DNA from: Candidatus Eiseniibacteriota bacterium
Lineage (GTDB): Bacteria; Eisenbacteria; RBG-16-71-46
Length of the DNA stretch: 64,000 bases
NCBI GenBank assembly: GCA_031370785.1
Contig: JANMQY010000092.1
Span: 1-64,000, forward strand
Direction: 5' to 3'
The notes beneath the pieces were generated by a model. It was not told the DNA's origin. It made no database searches and saw only the letters and a program-made list of their open reading frames with translations. The translations under genes and the position numbers were made by a program. Positions 9,345-20,462 of this stretch are shown in pieces (the stretch's first letter is position 1; each line of letters starts with the position of its first letter).

Positions 9345-11477
9345 CTACGCGGCGCGGCGTTCGGGGACGGCGTCGGGCGTGCGTGCGGGCTCGCGATGCC
9401 GCCACGCTGGCACGCGGTGAAAGATCAACACCGCGAACGCGGCGACGCTGGTTTCCACGAAGCCGGGCTGGGTCGGCGAAAGCGACAGCCCGAGCAGCGC
9501 GCACGCGCCGGCCGCGCCGAGCGTGGTCAGCAGCGTGTTGGCGACCAACAGGCGCGCCGAGCCCAGCGCTCCGGGCGAGAGGCTCGTCACCTGCCCGAAC
9601 ACCGGCGCCCCGGCGAGGATCGGCGGCGCGAAACTCGCCTCTGCCGTTCCGCCCGTGCGCCACGACTCGATCCTGGCAAGGAGTCGCTCGGAGGCGGGCT
9701 GGATCGAGCCGAGCGTCGGTGCTTCCGCGTCGCGCAGGGTAAAGGTTCCCCGCAACTCGCGCGCCTCGTCGTGCCACGTCAGCAGCACGCGACTGACCCG
9801 CACCCAGTTCGGCAGTCCCTCGACCAGCCGGACCTCTTCGATCTGCGTGCGCGAAAGCGCGAAGCGCGTCTCCTCTCCGACGTAGACGAGCTGTTCGCGC
9901 GAGAAGAACAGGAAGCCGGTGTCCCAGTCGGAGAAGTTCTCGTACAGCCGCGGCGTCGCGTCCGGGACGAGCCCGACGAAGACGCCATGCGATGCGTCGG
10001 GATCGACGCCACCGGTGCGCAACCGATCCGCGATTCCTCGACGCAGCGGACGGTAGGGCCGGGTTGCGATGCGATTGAAGGCGAACAGCGTGACGATGAC
10101 GGTCGCGACCGCCGCGATCAGGCACAGCACGGGACGGCCGCCGGAGTCCAGACCGAGGCGCAGCGCGAGCCAGATCGAGAGCGCCGGGGTCAGGGCATAG
10201 CTCACCAGCAGGATCCAGGACAGCCCGGTGATCGCGCGCAGCTTGAACGCGCTGGAAAACACCTTTGCCCGCTCGCCGGTCGGCCCGGCCGCGTAGCGCG
10301 CATCCGGCGACGGCTCGCCGCGCAGCAGCTCGGTCACGCGCCCGGGCGCGATGCTTCCCAGCAGTGCGATCGCGTCCGCGCGCCGGCGCGTCGAAGGATG
10401 CGTGAGCCAGCGCTCGGTCCAGCGTCCCCACTCGACCGGAACGTGATTGAGCCGGTTGAGCCGCGCGAGCGCGGAGATCAGCGCTTCGGGATCGCCGGTC
10501 AGTTTCACCGCGCCGGCATCGGCGCTGCGCTCGAAGCGCCGCGAGATGAAGTAGGAGATACCCGCGGCGAGCAGAACGCCGATCGGCATCGCGAGCGGTC
10601 CGACGAACGAGGGCAGCACGGTCAGCAGCGCCACCGGCACGAGGATGAGTGACAGGGCGAGGCGCAGCGGGTGGCCGCGGCGCAGGTGGGTGATCTCGTG
10701 CGCCATCACCGCGTCCACCTCGCGCCGGCTCAGGTGCTCGAGCAGGTGGTCGGTCAGCATCACCATGCCGCCGCGCACCGCGAAAGCGTTCGCGATCCGC
10801 GAGCGACGCATGGGCAGCACGTACAGCTGTCGAATGTGAACGCCGGCCGCACGGGCGAGCGCGAACAGCCGATCGCGCAGCTCGCCACTGCTCACCGCCT
10901 CCGGGGAGATTCCGCTCACCCTCGCTCTCGCCTGAAGAAGAATGACCGCGAGCGTGAGGCCGCCGAGCAGCGCGCCGACGGCCAGATGGATACGCCCGGC
11001 CATCAGCGCGCCCGGCACCACCACCAGCAATGCAAGAGGGCCGATCTGCGAGGCCATTTGCAGCAACGCGAGGTTGAGCGTCTCGCGAAGCGTGTTCTCG
11101 GTGCCGCGCAGGCGCGTCCCCACCGGGTGCGAGAATACGGCCGCGGCCAGCGACACGAGCGCCGGCGGAACCAGCACCAGGCCGAGCAACCCCAGGTTCA
11201 TGAGCGGGGGCCCGTACGGGTACAGCCTCATCGCAAGGCGCGCGACCACACCGCCACTCAGAGCCAGGCACATCCAGCCGATCCAGGTCGCGGTCACGAT
11301 CCAGCCGACATGACGCATGTAGCCGAACCATGCCCCCGCCACGTCGTCTGCTCCGGCCCTGAGCGCTGCGCGGCGCAGCCACAGGATCAGCGCGAGCGGG
11401 GCGAGCAGGTTCAGGGCGAGCAACGTCGCCAGCACCGCGCGCGGCAGCGGAAAGCCGAAGCTGAAGGGATCGATCAT
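9345..11477 (-). CDS. M48 (HtpX/Ste24) family membrane metallopeptidase with C-terminal extension
   Basis: ANAFA, VMAHEITH (HEXXH), FERSAD, LTHPS; many transmembrane segments. Confidence 0.82.
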   Translation of the reverse strand: MIDPFSFGFPLPRAVLATLLALNLLAPLALILWLRRAALRAGADDVAGAWFGYMRHVGWIVTATWIGWMCLALSGGVVARLAMRLYPYGPPLMNLGLLGLVLVPPALVSLAAAVFSHPVGTRLRGTENTLRETLNLALLQMASQIGPLALLVVVPGALMAGRIHLAVGALLGGLTLAVILLQARARVSGISPEAVSSGELRDRLFALARAAGVHIRQLYVLPMRRSRIANAFAVRGGMVMLTDHLLEHLSRREVDAVMAHEITHLRRGHPLRLALSLILVPVALLTVLPSFVGPLAMPIGVLLAAGISYFISRRFERSADAGAVKLTGDPEALISALARLNRLNHVPVEWGRWTERWLTHPSTRRRADAIALLGSIAPGRVTELLRGEPSPDARYAAGPTGERAKVFSSAFKLRAITGLSWILLVSYALTPALSIWLALRLGLDSGGRPVLCLIAAVATVIVTLFAFNRIATRPYRPLRRGIADRLRTGGVDPDASHGVFVGLVPDATPRLYENFSDWDTGFLFFSREQLVYVGEETRFALSRTQIEEVRLVEGLPNWVRVSRVLLTWHDEARELRGTFTLRDAEAPTLGSIQPASERLLARIESWRTGGTAEASFAPPILAGAPVFGQVTSLSPGALGSARLLVANTLLTTLGAAGACALLGLSLSPTQPGFVETSVAAFAVLIFHRVPAWRHREPARTPDAVPERRAA

Positions 11478-11572
11478 GAGCGGGGTATCGGCTCAGGCGC
11501 CGCCGGGATTTCGCGGGATCTTGAGTGCAGTCACTCGACGGGGTCCGCCCTCCCGTGTAGATTCTGCGCCCG

Positions 11573-12364
11573 ATGAACCCGGTCTCGAAGCTGTCCACCA
11601 CCGTTGCGGCGCGCATTCCCTACGCCAATGCCGCGCCTTTCTACGCCCTGTGGGGCGAGGCGCCGTTTGCGGTGCGCAATCTGGTGCCGCGCGACCTCGG
11701 ACGTGAGGCGGAAGCCGGACAGGTCGACCTCGGCCTCATGGCGGCCGGTGACTATCTGCGGCTCAAGTCGCGCTTCGATCTGCTCGGAGCACTGGGCGTC
11801 GCCGCGCGCGGCCCGGTCCAGTCCGTGCTGCTATTCTCACGGCGTCCGGCCAACGCGCTGGCCGGCTCGCTGATCTCGGTGACGCCCGAGACCTCGACCT
11901 CGATCCGTCTGCTGCGCCTGCTCCTCGACGTGCGCCGCGGACTCGAAGGCGTGCGCTACGTACGCGGGCTCGAGCCCGCGCAGGCCGAGGCGCTGCTCAT
12001 GATCGGCGACAGCGCGATGCGCATGCGCGACCGCAGGCCGGCCGGATTCACGCACACGCTCGACCTGGGGGCGGACTGGCTGGAGTGGACCGGTCTCGCG
12101 TTCGTGTACGCGGTATGGGCGGTGCGCGCTGAGCTCGACTCGGCGGTCAAGGCCGAGCTTCGCGAATTCCTGGACGCCTCGCTCGCCGCCGGCCTCGCGT
12201 CGCTTCCCGAGATCGCGCGCCAGCAGACCGAGCCGGGCTGGACCGCGGCAGAGACCGAGGGCTACCTTCGCCGGTTCCACTACCGATTGGGCCCCGAGGA
12301 TCTCGCGGGCATGGAGCGCTTCGAGCTGCTGCTCCAGCAGCACGGACTCATCGACCACGACTAG
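11573..12364 (+). CDS. mqnA: Chorismate dehydratase
   Basis: IPYANAAP, GPVQSVLLFS, STSIRLL, LMIGDSA, DLGADW, FVYAVW. Confidence 0.87.
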   Translation: MNPVSKLSTTVAARIPYANAAPFYALWGEAPFAVRNLVPRDLGREAEAGQVDLGLMAAGDYLRLKSRFDLLGALGVAARGPVQSVLLFSRRPANALAGSLISVTPETSTSIRLLRLLLDVRRGLEGVRYVRGLEPAQAEALLMIGDSAMRMRDRRPAGFTHTLDLGADWLEWTGLAFVYAVWAVRAELDSAVKAELREFLDASLAAGLASLPEIARQQTEPGWTAAETEGYLRRFHYRLGPEDLAGMERFELLLQQHGLIDHD

Positions 12365-12588
12365 GCGCGGGTCGTAAGCTTCGCTCCCGATCCGCGCCTC
12401 GCGAGTCGGACGCCATCGCAACCCGCCCGGCCGCTCTCCCGTAGCAGCGCTCATGCGCCTCGCTTCTGCATGTTCCGGTCCGCCCTCCAGCCGGTGGGCG
12501 TTGCGCCACTGCGGACGCTAATATCCCATCATCTTCGAAAGTGAACCGGTCCTTCCCAGGTCGCCCCTGCGACATAAGGAGCCTTGCC

Positions 12589-13395
12589 ATGACCACCATG
12601 CACGAAATCGACCACGAGATCATCGGCGACGACATGCAGTTCGTGAAGATCGAGCTCGATCCGGGTGAAGCCATCGTCGCGGAGGCCGGCTCGATGATGT
12701 ACATCGAGGATGGGATCGAAATGCAGACCATCTTCGGCGACGGCTCTGCGCAGTCGGCACAGGGTGGATTCGTGGGCGCGCTGCTCGGAGCGGGCAAGCG
12801 CCTGCTCACCGGCGAATCGCTGTTCATGACCGTGTTCCTGAATCAGTCGAAGCAGAAGAGGAAGGCCGCGTTCGCCGCGCCCTATCCGGGAAAGATCGAG
12901 GCCCTGGACCTCAGCAAGCTCGGCGGCGAGATCCTCGCGCAGAAGGACTCGTTCCTGTGCGCGGCCAAAGGCGTGAGCATCGGCATCGCTTTCCAGAAGC
13001 GCTTCGGCGTCGGCCTGTTCGGCGGCGAAGGCTTCATCATGCAGCGTCTGACCGGCGACGGCTGGGTGTTCGTCAATGCGGGAGGCGCGCACGAAGAGCT
13101 CACCCTCGCGCCCGGCGAGTCGCTGCGCGTGGATACCGGGTGCATCGTCGCGCTCCAACCGAGCGTGAGCTACGACATCCAGCTCGTCGGGGGCCTCAAG
13201 AGCGCGCTCTTCGGTGGCGAGGGGCTGTTCTTCGCGACGCTGCGAGGTCCGGGCCGGGTGTGGCTGCAGTCTCTGCCGTTCTCGCGGCTCGCGAGCCGCA
13301 TCTACGCCGCGGCACCCCAGACCGGTGGACGGGGCCGGGAGCAGGGCTCGATCCTCGGGACGCTCGGCAACCTGCTGGACGGCGACGGGCGCTAG
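12589..13395 (+). CDS. TIGR00266/AIM24 family protein
   Basis: [62 protein letters not shown]. Confidence 0.9.
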   Translation: MTTMHEIDHEIIGDDMQFVKIELDPGEAIVAEAGSMMYIEDGIEMQTIFGDGSAQSAQGGFVGALLGAGKRLLTGESLFMTVFLNQSKQKRKAAFAAPYPGKIEALDLSKLGGEILAQKDSFLCAAKGVSIGIAFQKRFGVGLFGGEGFIMQRLTGDGWVFVNAGGAHEELTLAPGESLRVDTGCIVALQPSVSYDIQLVGGLKSALFGGEGLFFATLRGPGRVWLQSLPFSRLASRIYAAAPQTGGRGREQGSILGTLGNLLDGDGR

Positions 13396-13476
13396 CGCAG
13401 GGCCGAAGCGTCTCGCGCGAACGCCGCATTCGCCCTCGAGGCCGCGGGGTGGCCCCGGTGCTGGATTGATCGTCCT

Positions 13477-13900
13477 ATGATCCTTTGCTCTCGATCTGCC
13501 TGGACGATCCTGGCATGGCGGTCCTGCTCGCCTCATTTGCCCCCGCGGCCCGCGCGGACTCGAAGCGCTCCGCCGAAGGCGTGCCTCGTCTGGACCACAT
13601 CACCGGGGTCGTGCTCGAGAACCAGAACTACGACGTGACTCGTGTTCAGCCGTGGACCGCGAGCTGGCTCACCGGCGGCACATCATTCTCGCAGTCGTCT
13701 GGCATCACCCATCCCTCCAACAACCTGCCTGCGATCCGCGCGGAGATCGACGATGCGAGCGGCCGGCGCGTGCGCGAGATCGTGTCGGGCGTACGACGTG
13801 GAGAGGTGATGCCGGGGGCGCGAACAGGGCGGGGCTCCACTTCCTGCGGGTGAGCGCGGGTGGTGCGCAGCTCGAACGCCGATTCGCGCGCGTGAGATAG
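13477..13900 (+). pseudogene. Collapsed secreted phosphoesterase (acid phosphatase-like) with FlgD-like C-terminal domain
   Basis: Frameshifted signal peptide; PRLDHITGVVLENQNYD...GITHPS jumps directly to EIDDASGRRVREI; after a frameshift RAGLHFLRVSAGGAQLERRFARVR*. Confidence 0.7.
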
Positions 13901-13993
13901 AAACAACAAGGCCGGGCGTGCCCATGCATGCCGCCCGGCCCCCTAGCGGTGCTGCTCCAGCGTTACGCAGGCGCTGCCGCGCCGCGTCGCTTC
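13900..13993 (-). ncRNA. Candidate sigma54-dependent small RNA (about 94 nt)
   Basis: Follows a -24/-12 promoter at 14004-14019; ends in a GGCCGGGCG/CGCCCGGCC hairpin plus UUGUUGUUU; no credible ORF. Confidence 0.5.
13901..13940 (-). terminator. Intrinsic terminator (minus strand)
   Basis: 9-bp GC stem 13910-13918/13932-13940 followed by TTGTTGTTT on the minus strand. Confidence 0.7.
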
Positions 13994-14003
13994 CCACCTC
14001 GAG

Positions 14004-14019
14004 TGCAAATCCGATGCCA
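14004..14019 (-). promoter_or_regulatory. Sigma54 (-24/-12) promoter
   Basis: Minus strand TGGCAT-CGGAT-TTGCA versus consensus TGGCAC-N5-TTGCW. Confidence 0.65.
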
Positions 14020-14105
14020 CGTGTTGCAGCGGTTGCGGAGCGCCTGGGCGGCCAGGACGCCTCGATCAAGTCTCATGAGTTACGGGCGCGAACGCGGCGC
14101 CCACA

Positions 14106-14148
14106 TGTCCGGTGGGGGTAACAGTTGTGACGCAGCCTTGGACAGTTG
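14106..14148. promoter_or_regulatory. Putative enhancer-binding-protein sites (UAS)
   Basis: TGT-N12-ACA (14106-14123) and TGT-N13-ACA (14126-14144); ACAGTTG repeated at 21-bp spacing; 110-150 bp upstream of the predicted start site. Confidence 0.45.
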
Positions 14149-14312
14149 CGTCGACGGCGGGGCCACCCGAGGCTGTCCCTCGTTCGGTTCGCCGCGAGCC
14201 TACGCCGCGATGCGTGGTCCATGCCTGCGGCACCCATGGAATACAAATTCATAAAGGTCTACAACGCCCGCGGCGCAAGGGCAGTGCGTCCGCGTGCCGG
14301 ATTGACGCGCGC

Positions 14313-16244
14313 TCAGCGTGGCCGCACGCCGAGAAACGCCACGACCGCGAGCGGCGGCAATCCGATTGCAATCGAGTGCGAGCGCCCGTGCATGGGCGTG
14401 GCGCCGGCCTCGGCGCCGCCCAGATTGCCCTGTCCGCTGCCGCCATAGAGTGAAGCGTCGCTATTGAGGATCTCGGTCCAGCGTCCGCCCCACGGCATTC
14501 CGATCCGGTAGCCGGCTCGCGGAACCGGCGTGAAGTTGAATACGAATACGACGGCGCGATCGGGATCAAACCCGACCCGCATCAGACTCACCACGCTCTG
14601 CCCCGAGTCGCTGCAATCCACCCAGTCGAGCCCGTGCGGCTCGGCATCCTGCTCGTAGAGGGCGGGCTCTCCGCGATAGAGCGTGTTCAGGTCGCGCACC
14701 CAGCGCTGGACGCCGCGATGCATCGGATCGGCCAGCAGGTGCCAGTCGAGGCTGCTCTCGTGATTCCACTCGCGGATCTGTGCGAACTCATCGCCCATGA
14801 ACAGCAGCTTCTTGCCGGGCTGGGCGAACTGGTCGCCGAACAGCAGGCGCAGGTTCGCGAACTGCTGCCAGCGGTCCCCCGGCATGCGCGCCAGCAAGGA
14901 CCCCTTGCCGTGCACGACCTCGTCGTGCGAGAGCGGCAGCAAGAAGTGTTCGCTGTGCGCGTACAGGCCGCGGAAGGTGAGGCGGTCCTGGTGCCATCGG
15001 CGATGCACCGGATCGCGCGCCATGTAGTCGAGACGGTCGTGCATCCAGCCCAGGTCCCACTTGAGGCCGAAGCCGAGCCCGCCTGCGTAGGTGGGTCGCG
15101 AGACGCCGGGCCACGCCGTGCTCTCCTCGGCGATGGTGATCGCGTCCGGGTGCTCGCCGTACACGTATTCGTTGAGGCGTTTGAGGAACGTGACCGCCTC
15201 GAGGTTTTCGCGCCCGCCGAACGGGTTCGGGTACCACTCGCCGTGCTTGCGTGAGTAATCCAGGTACAGCATGGACGCGACCGCATCCACACGCAGGCCG
15301 TCGATGTGGTAGCGCTCGATCCAGAACAATGCGCTCGCGATCAGGAAATTCGCGACCTCGGTGCGGCCATAGTTGAAGATCAGCGTTCCCCAGTCCGGAT
15401 GGCGGCCGAGGCGCGGATCGGCGTGCTCGTAGAGATGGCTGCCGTCGAAGCGCGCCAGGCCATGCTCATCGCTCGGGAAGTGCGCGGGGACCCAGTCGAG
15501 GATCACGCCGATCCCGCGGCGGTGCAGCGTGTCGATCAGGTACATGAGATCGTGCGGCGTGCCGTAGCGACTCGTGGCCGCGAAGTAGCCGGTGGTCTGA
15601 TAGCCCCACGAGCCGTCGTATGGATGCTCGGTGATCGGCATCAACTCGACGTGGGTGAATCCCATCGCGCTCACGTACTCGGCGAGAGCGTCGGCCAGCT
15701 CGCGGTACGAGAGCCAGCGGTTGTTCTCTTCGGGGATGCGCCGCCACGAGCCCGGGTGAAGCTCGTACACGCTCATCGGCGCACGCAGCGACTGCGTCTG
15801 GGCGCGACGCGCGAGCCATTCATGGTCGCGCCATGCATAGCCGTCGAGATCGTAGACGCGCGATGCGGTGCGCGGCCGGAACTCCGAGGCAAACGCGTAG
15901 GGGTCGGCCTTCTCGAGCATCTCGCCGGTGGCGCGCGAGTGAATCGCGTACTTGTAGAGCGCACCAGGGCCGACGCCGGCGACGAAGCCGCGCCACACGC
16001 CGCTCTCGCCGGCCGGGAAAAGCGGATCCGCGCCGTGACACCAGCCGTTGAAATCGCCGATCACCGACACCTCGCGCGCCTCGGGCGCCCACACCGCGAA
16101 GTGCGTTCCGCGCACGCCGTCCTGCTCGATGGGGTGCGCTCCGAGCCGCTCCCACGCGCGCAGGTGTGTCCCCTCGCGCAGCAGATACAGGTCGTAGTCG
16201 GTGAGGAACGGGGGCGCGGCCGCCGGTGGAGGAGAAGAGGTCAT
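14313..16244 (-). CDS. glgB: 1,4-alpha-glucan branching enzyme
   Basis: [60 protein letters not shown]. Confidence 0.96.
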   Translation of the reverse strand: MTSSPPPAAAPPFLTDYDLYLLREGTHLRAWERLGAHPIEQDGVRGTHFAVWAPEAREVSVIGDFNGWCHGADPLFPAGESGVWRGFVAGVGPGALYKYAIHSRATGEMLEKADPYAFASEFRPRTASRVYDLDGYAWRDHEWLARRAQTQSLRAPMSVYELHPGSWRRIPEENNRWLSYRELADALAEYVSAMGFTHVELMPITEHPYDGSWGYQTTGYFAATSRYGTPHDLMYLIDTLHRRGIGVILDWVPAHFPSDEHGLARFDGSHLYEHADPRLGRHPDWGTLIFNYGRTEVANFLIASALFWIERYHIDGLRVDAVASMLYLDYSRKHGEWYPNPFGGRENLEAVTFLKRLNEYVYGEHPDAITIAEESTAWPGVSRPTYAGGLGFGLKWDLGWMHDRLDYMARDPVHRRWHQDRLTFRGLYAHSEHFLLPLSHDEVVHGKGSLLARMPGDRWQQFANLRLLFGDQFAQPGKKLLFMGDEFAQIREWNHESSLDWHLLADPMHRGVQRWVRDLNTLYRGEPALYEQDAEPHGLDWVDCSDSGQSVVSLMRVGFDPDRAVVFVFNFTPVPRAGYRIGMPWGGRWTEILNSDASLYGGSGQGNLGGAEAGATPMHGRSHSIAIGLPPLAVVAFLGVRPR

Positions 16245-16324
16245 GGGCGCTGGGATGGTAGGCGCGGCGCGGTGCGGCGCGCAATGACCTGCCGCCTTCA
16301 TGCGCGGCTCGCGGCCGCGCCGCC

Positions 16325-17917
16325 TCAGCGCGTGACCGGGCTCGCGCCGGCGCGCGCGAACCAGAATCCTTCACCCGAGCGGCGGACGACCCGGTACTCG
16401 GTGCTGAGCCAGTTGAGGAATCGGGCGCACTTGTCGGTCGAGCGGGCGATCATGGGCAGGTAGCTCTCGGAGACGAACACGTAGGCCGGCTGCGCTTCTT
16501 CCAGGCTCCGGGTGAGACGCTCCCACTCGTCGGCGGTCGCGTACTCGATGAAGCTCGCACCGTTGCGGGGCACCGCCTGCTCGCGTCCGGTAAGCCAGTA
16601 GTACATGGGATTGCCCATCACCCAGATCGCTCCCGGTTGGGCCTCGGGGCGCATGAGGAATCCGGCATCTCCCAGGATGCGCGGGATCGCGCGATCGAAG
16701 CTGACCTCCGCCTGATACCGGGCGCGATCCTCGCGAACGAGCGCGAAGTGGTGCTCCGCGAGCGTGGCGGCCTTGTGCGCCACGTACCAGAGCGGGATCG
16801 CGAGAAGCGCGAGGGCGAGCGCCGCGCGCGCCGCGGGCCGCTCGATCCCGGTCCAGATCCCATCGAGTCCTCGCGCCGCGAGCAGTCCGACCGGAACCGA
16901 GAGCAGCAGGTATTGATACTCCCAGTACGAAAGACTCTGGATCATGAGCACGAAGAATCCGACCGCGAGCCACACTCCGAGCATCGTGGACAGCAGATCC
17001 GCTCCGCGACGCGCGGCGGCGCGCAGGCCGAGGATGGCGAAGACCAGCAGCGGGCTCCACGTGACTGAGAACCAGTGCAGGCCGCTGAGCAGGTAGTGGA
17101 TGCGAAACGTGTGGAGCTGAGAGAGCGCCTGCCCGGGGTAGACGAAGGTGGTCCACCAGGCGATCGCCGCCGCATGGTTCGCGACGAAATACCCGGCAAC
17201 CGGGGCGAACGCGAGCAGCGCACCCGCGATCAGCGTGAGCGACGCGACGCCCAGCCTCCCGGCGCCGAATCCTGGTCCTGGCCCGTGCCGTCCGCTCTCC
17301 GCCGACTTCATCTTCCACAGCGCCACGAGCCACAGGGCGGCAACGATCGGCACGAACACGATCTTGAGGATCAGAACCAGTCCGCCCATCACACCCGCGA
17401 GCAGCAGGTGGCGGGTGCGCCGCTCTTCGGTCTCGCCGGCGCGCAGCGCCCACCCTCCGCACAGGTAGAGCGGAAGGCCAACCAGTGATTCGATCTGCGT
17501 CAGGTGCCAGTCGCTGGTGACGGCGTAGTACCAGCCGACCGTGAGGAGCGGGGTGAGGCTCGCGATCCAGCGGTGCTCGAACCTTCCGCGCAGCGTGGTC
17601 AGAAGCACCAGCGCCAGGCCGAGTAGCGCGATCAGCTCGAACGCATGGAAGCCCACCGCGTCGAATCCGAACAGGGCGCCGGCCAGCTCGTAGAAGAAGA
17701 ACATCCCGGGCTGCTTGGGATCCCAGTAGTCGCGGTACAGCACGCCGCCGTGATGCATGCTCCTTGCGCCCAGCGCGAACATGGTCTGGTCCCATGCGAG
17801 CGGCTGCATCAGGTTGATGAGCCCGAGCACGAGCACTGCCCCGAGCACGACGAGGTCGAGCGCCGTGAGTCCGGAACGCGGCGAGGAGGCAGGCGTGGGG
17901 CGCGTCGGTTCAGCCAT
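16325..17917 (-). CDS. GT-C/ArnT-like polytopic membrane glycosyltransferase (putative)
   Basis: First-loop DQ...[12 protein letters not shown] motif, about 11 transmembrane segments, periplasmic C-terminus. Confidence 0.7.
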   Translation of the reverse strand: MAEPTRPTPASSPRSGLTALDLVVLGAVLVLGLINLMQPLAWDQTMFALGARSMHHGGVLYRDYWDPKQPGMFFFYELAGALFGFDAVGFHAFELIALLGLALVLLTTLRGRFEHRWIASLTPLLTVGWYYAVTSDWHLTQIESLVGLPLYLCGGWALRAGETEERRTRHLLLAGVMGGLVLILKIVFVPIVAALWLVALWKMKSAESGRHGPGPGFGAGRLGVASLTLIAGALLAFAPVAGYFVANHAAAIAWWTTFVYPGQALSQLHTFRIHYLLSGLHWFSVTWSPLLVFAILGLRAAARRGADLLSTMLGVWLAVGFFVLMIQSLSYWEYQYLLLSVPVGLLAARGLDGIWTGIERPAARAALALALLAIPLWYVAHKAATLAEHHFALVREDRARYQAEVSFDRAIPRILGDAGFLMRPEAQPGAIWVMGNPMYYWLTGREQAVPRNGASFIEYATADEWERLTRSLEEAQPAYVFVSESYLPMIARSTDKCARFLNWLSTEYRVVRRSGEGFWFARAGASPVTR

Positions 17918-18077
17918 CCTTGGCCTGCTCCTCATCCGATGGAAGCGCGGCCCGCGCTGAAGGGCGGGCGGGACCGGCGCATCATACGCGAAGGGGCCCG
18001 CCGGATGGCGAGCCCCTTGGCTGTGAAGAATTCGCGCGGCGGCCCCCGGCGATGCTGACCGGGGGCCGGCCCGTGCG

Positions 18078-20201
18078 TCAGTTGCCGACCACCGCGACCC
18101 GCGCGTACAGGGTTCGGCCGAGAGTCTCCAGCCGCGCGAAGTAGATGCCCGACTGGACGCGCACGCCCTCGTCGCTCGCGAGCGACCAGGTCACGTCCTG
18201 CGCGCCCGCCTTCGCGAGGCCGGCGAACGGGGTCGCGACGTGGCGGCCGAGGACATCGAAGATCTGGAGCTTCGCCTGGGCCTCGCGCTCGAGCGTGAAG
18301 CGCAGGTGCAGCGCTCCCTGCGCCGGGTTCGGGGTCGCCGTGAACTCGAGCGGCGTCACCCCGGGCGCCGCCGTCGCGCGGATCGGACCGAGCATGCCTT
18401 CCGGACCCGAGCATGCCCTGGCGCCGAGCCAGTAGGTTCCGCCCGCATCGTCGGCGGCATCGGTGAAGCGGAACCGCACTTCATCCGCTCGCAACTCGAG
18501 CAGCGCCTCGTGGCCCGCGAACACGCGCTCGCCGCTCGCGTTCTCGCGATAGATGTTGAATCCGTCCACGTGCGCCTTCGCGTCCACGGCCCAGGTCAGC
18601 TCGACCGCGCCATCGTGGCGTGAGGCCTCGGCATGCCGCAGAACTCCGAGCGGCGGCCCCTCCTCCACGTTCGGATGAGCGGCTGCGGGAATGGCGGTCG
18701 CGAAGGCCGCCGGCGCGCCCTCGATGCTGGTCGCCATGGCCATCGGCGCCGTGCCGGAGGTGTAGTCGTAGTTGAACGACATCAGATCGCCGCGGCTGGT
18801 GTAGGTGCTGTTCCGGTTGTTGCCCATCACCCGGAAGCGCACCTCACGCGAGGGACCGACGTAGGCTGCGGGCGACGTGGTGCTCCAGGTCTTGACCACG
18901 TCAGTCGTGCTCACCGTGCCGCTGTTGATCTGGACCCACGCGCTCGTGCCCCAGTCCCACAGGTGAAGCGTCTGGGTGCGCGACACCGTGAAGCTGCCCT
19001 CGTACGTGACCGTCAGGTTGAGCGGTGGGTGCGCGAGGAACGCCGAGCCGTACCAGTCGGTGTTGTACTTGCCGCCGGTGACGCCGGCCGACACGCCGAT
19101 CCGGCTGTCGTCCGAGAGCGCGAGCCGGGTGTAGTCCCCGGTCGCGAGCGAACCCTTCAGCATGGTCAGCGAAGAAGGGTACTGAGTCGTGTTGATCGGG
19201 GGCGGCGGCGGCGGTCCGCCGCCGTTCACGTAGGTGTCGGTGAAGCCGGTGCCGCTCACCGTGTAGTTCGCGCCGACGCCGGGATCGGCCTGCACGACGA
19301 TCGTGCCACCGACCTTGTCCCACGTCGGATCGGGCGCCACGCCGGCCCCGGTCTCGGTCCAGTAGGTCTTGACGGCGTGGTTGTGGAGACGCGTCAGAGC
19401 GTCGGCGGTGGGATGGCCGTAGGTGTTGCCGTTCCCGCACGAGATGATCGCCACCTCGGGCGTCGTCGCGTTCAGCCAGTTGTCGTTGCTCGAATAGCGC
19501 GAGCCGTGGTGGTGGGCCTTGTAGACCTCGATGTCGCCCACCTGTGGCCCAATGCCGGTCTCGACGTCGTTGCCGAGGCCGGCATCTCCGGTCAGGTCGC
19601 CGCTGATCTCCTCGTCGAAGGCGCCATAGCTGACGCGGAGCACGACGCTCTTCGAGTTCTCGTCCGAGCCGGTGACCGGGTAGACCCCGTCGCCATTCAA
19701 GGCAATGCACTTGATCAGCACCGGGTTCGCCGAGCCCGGATCGAGGGTGATCGTCTGGTTCTTGGCGATGGTCTGGCGCTTGGCGCCGAGCGTGTTCACG
19801 TAGCTCGTGTACGAGGCGCTCGAGTATGAGTACGCGCGGTCGTAGCCGGCAGTGCCGATCGTGATCCCAACCGCGGCCAAGTCGTCGATGCAGCCGAGAT
19901 GGTCGGCGTGGTAGTGGCTGCAGAAATGGTAGTCGACCGTCGTAATGCCCATGCCCTGGAGATACGACTTGATGTTGGTGCAGTCGGTGTAGACGCCGTC
20001 GTCGAACAGGGCAGTCTGGCCGAGCGGCGAGATCAGCAGCGCGCCGTCACCCTGTCCGACATCGATGTGGTGGATCTGGAGTTTGCCGTTGCCGAGCGCG
20101 AGTGCGACGGCGGGAACGAGGAGGGCAAGGCAGGCGGACGCGAGAGCGCGCCGCACGGACAGGAGGCCGCAACAACGGGGGGACCGTCGCATCGGGGACA
20201 C
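18078..20201 (-). CDS. Secreted ComEC/Rec2-like metallo-beta-lactamase-fold hydrolase with FlgD-like C-terminal domain
   Basis: HIDVGQGDG, SHYHADH, ENSKSV, SGD, KAHHHGS, ISCG.GNTYGHP; poly-Pro linker; TPNP...IFDVLGRHV...SGIYFARL tail. Confidence 0.85.
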   Translation of the reverse strand: MSPMRRSPRCCGLLSVRRALASACLALLVPAVALALGNGKLQIHHIDVGQGDGALLISPLGQTALFDDGVYTDCTNIKSYLQGMGITTVDYHFCSHYHADHLGCIDDLAAVGITIGTAGYDRAYSYSSASYTSYVNTLGAKRQTIAKNQTITLDPGSANPVLIKCIALNGDGVYPVTGSDENSKSVVLRVSYGAFDEEISGDLTGDAGLGNDVETGIGPQVGDIEVYKAHHHGSRYSSNDNWLNATTPEVAIISCGNGNTYGHPTADALTRLHNHAVKTYWTETGAGVAPDPTWDKVGGTIVVQADPGVGANYTVSGTGFTDTYVNGGGPPPPPPINTTQYPSSLTMLKGSLATGDYTRLALSDDSRIGVSAGVTGGKYNTDWYGSAFLAHPPLNLTVTYEGSFTVSRTQTLHLWDWGTSAWVQINSGTVSTTDVVKTWSTTSPAAYVGPSREVRFRVMGNNRNSTYTSRGDLMSFNYDYTSGTAPMAMATSIEGAPAAFATAIPAAAHPNVEEGPPLGVLRHAEASRHDGAVELTWAVDAKAHVDGFNIYRENASGERVFAGHEALLELRADEVRFRFTDAADDAGGTYWLGARACSGPEGMLGPIRATAAPGVTPLEFTATPNPAQGALHLRFTLEREAQAKLQIFDVLGRHVATPFAGLAKAGAQDVTWSLASDEGVRVQSGIYFARLETLGRTLYARVAVVGN

Positions 20202-20279
20202 CTCATCCTTCTTGGGTTGTGAGCGGGACGCGCTGCCGCGCGCCGCTTCGGTGCTGCAGCACTATCTATAGCGTGAGAT

Positions 20280-20304
20280 GTCGCACGATGCCAAGGAAAG
20301 TTGT
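20280..20304 (-). promoter_or_regulatory. Putative ECF-sigma promoter
   Basis: Minus strand ACAAC-N16-CGAC about 80 bp upstream of the 20201 start. Confidence 0.3.
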
Positions 20305-20462
20305 GCGAGGTTCCGTTTGCGTCAGGATCCGTCGTCCCCGCGAAGGGCGGGCGCCGATGCCCGCGTCGCCTCGACGCCCGCTCGATGCCCGTTGTATCCT
20401 GCATGCCCTGTGCGCGGCTCCAAGTCACGCTTCCACCGCTCGTCATCCGAGGAATCCCCACT

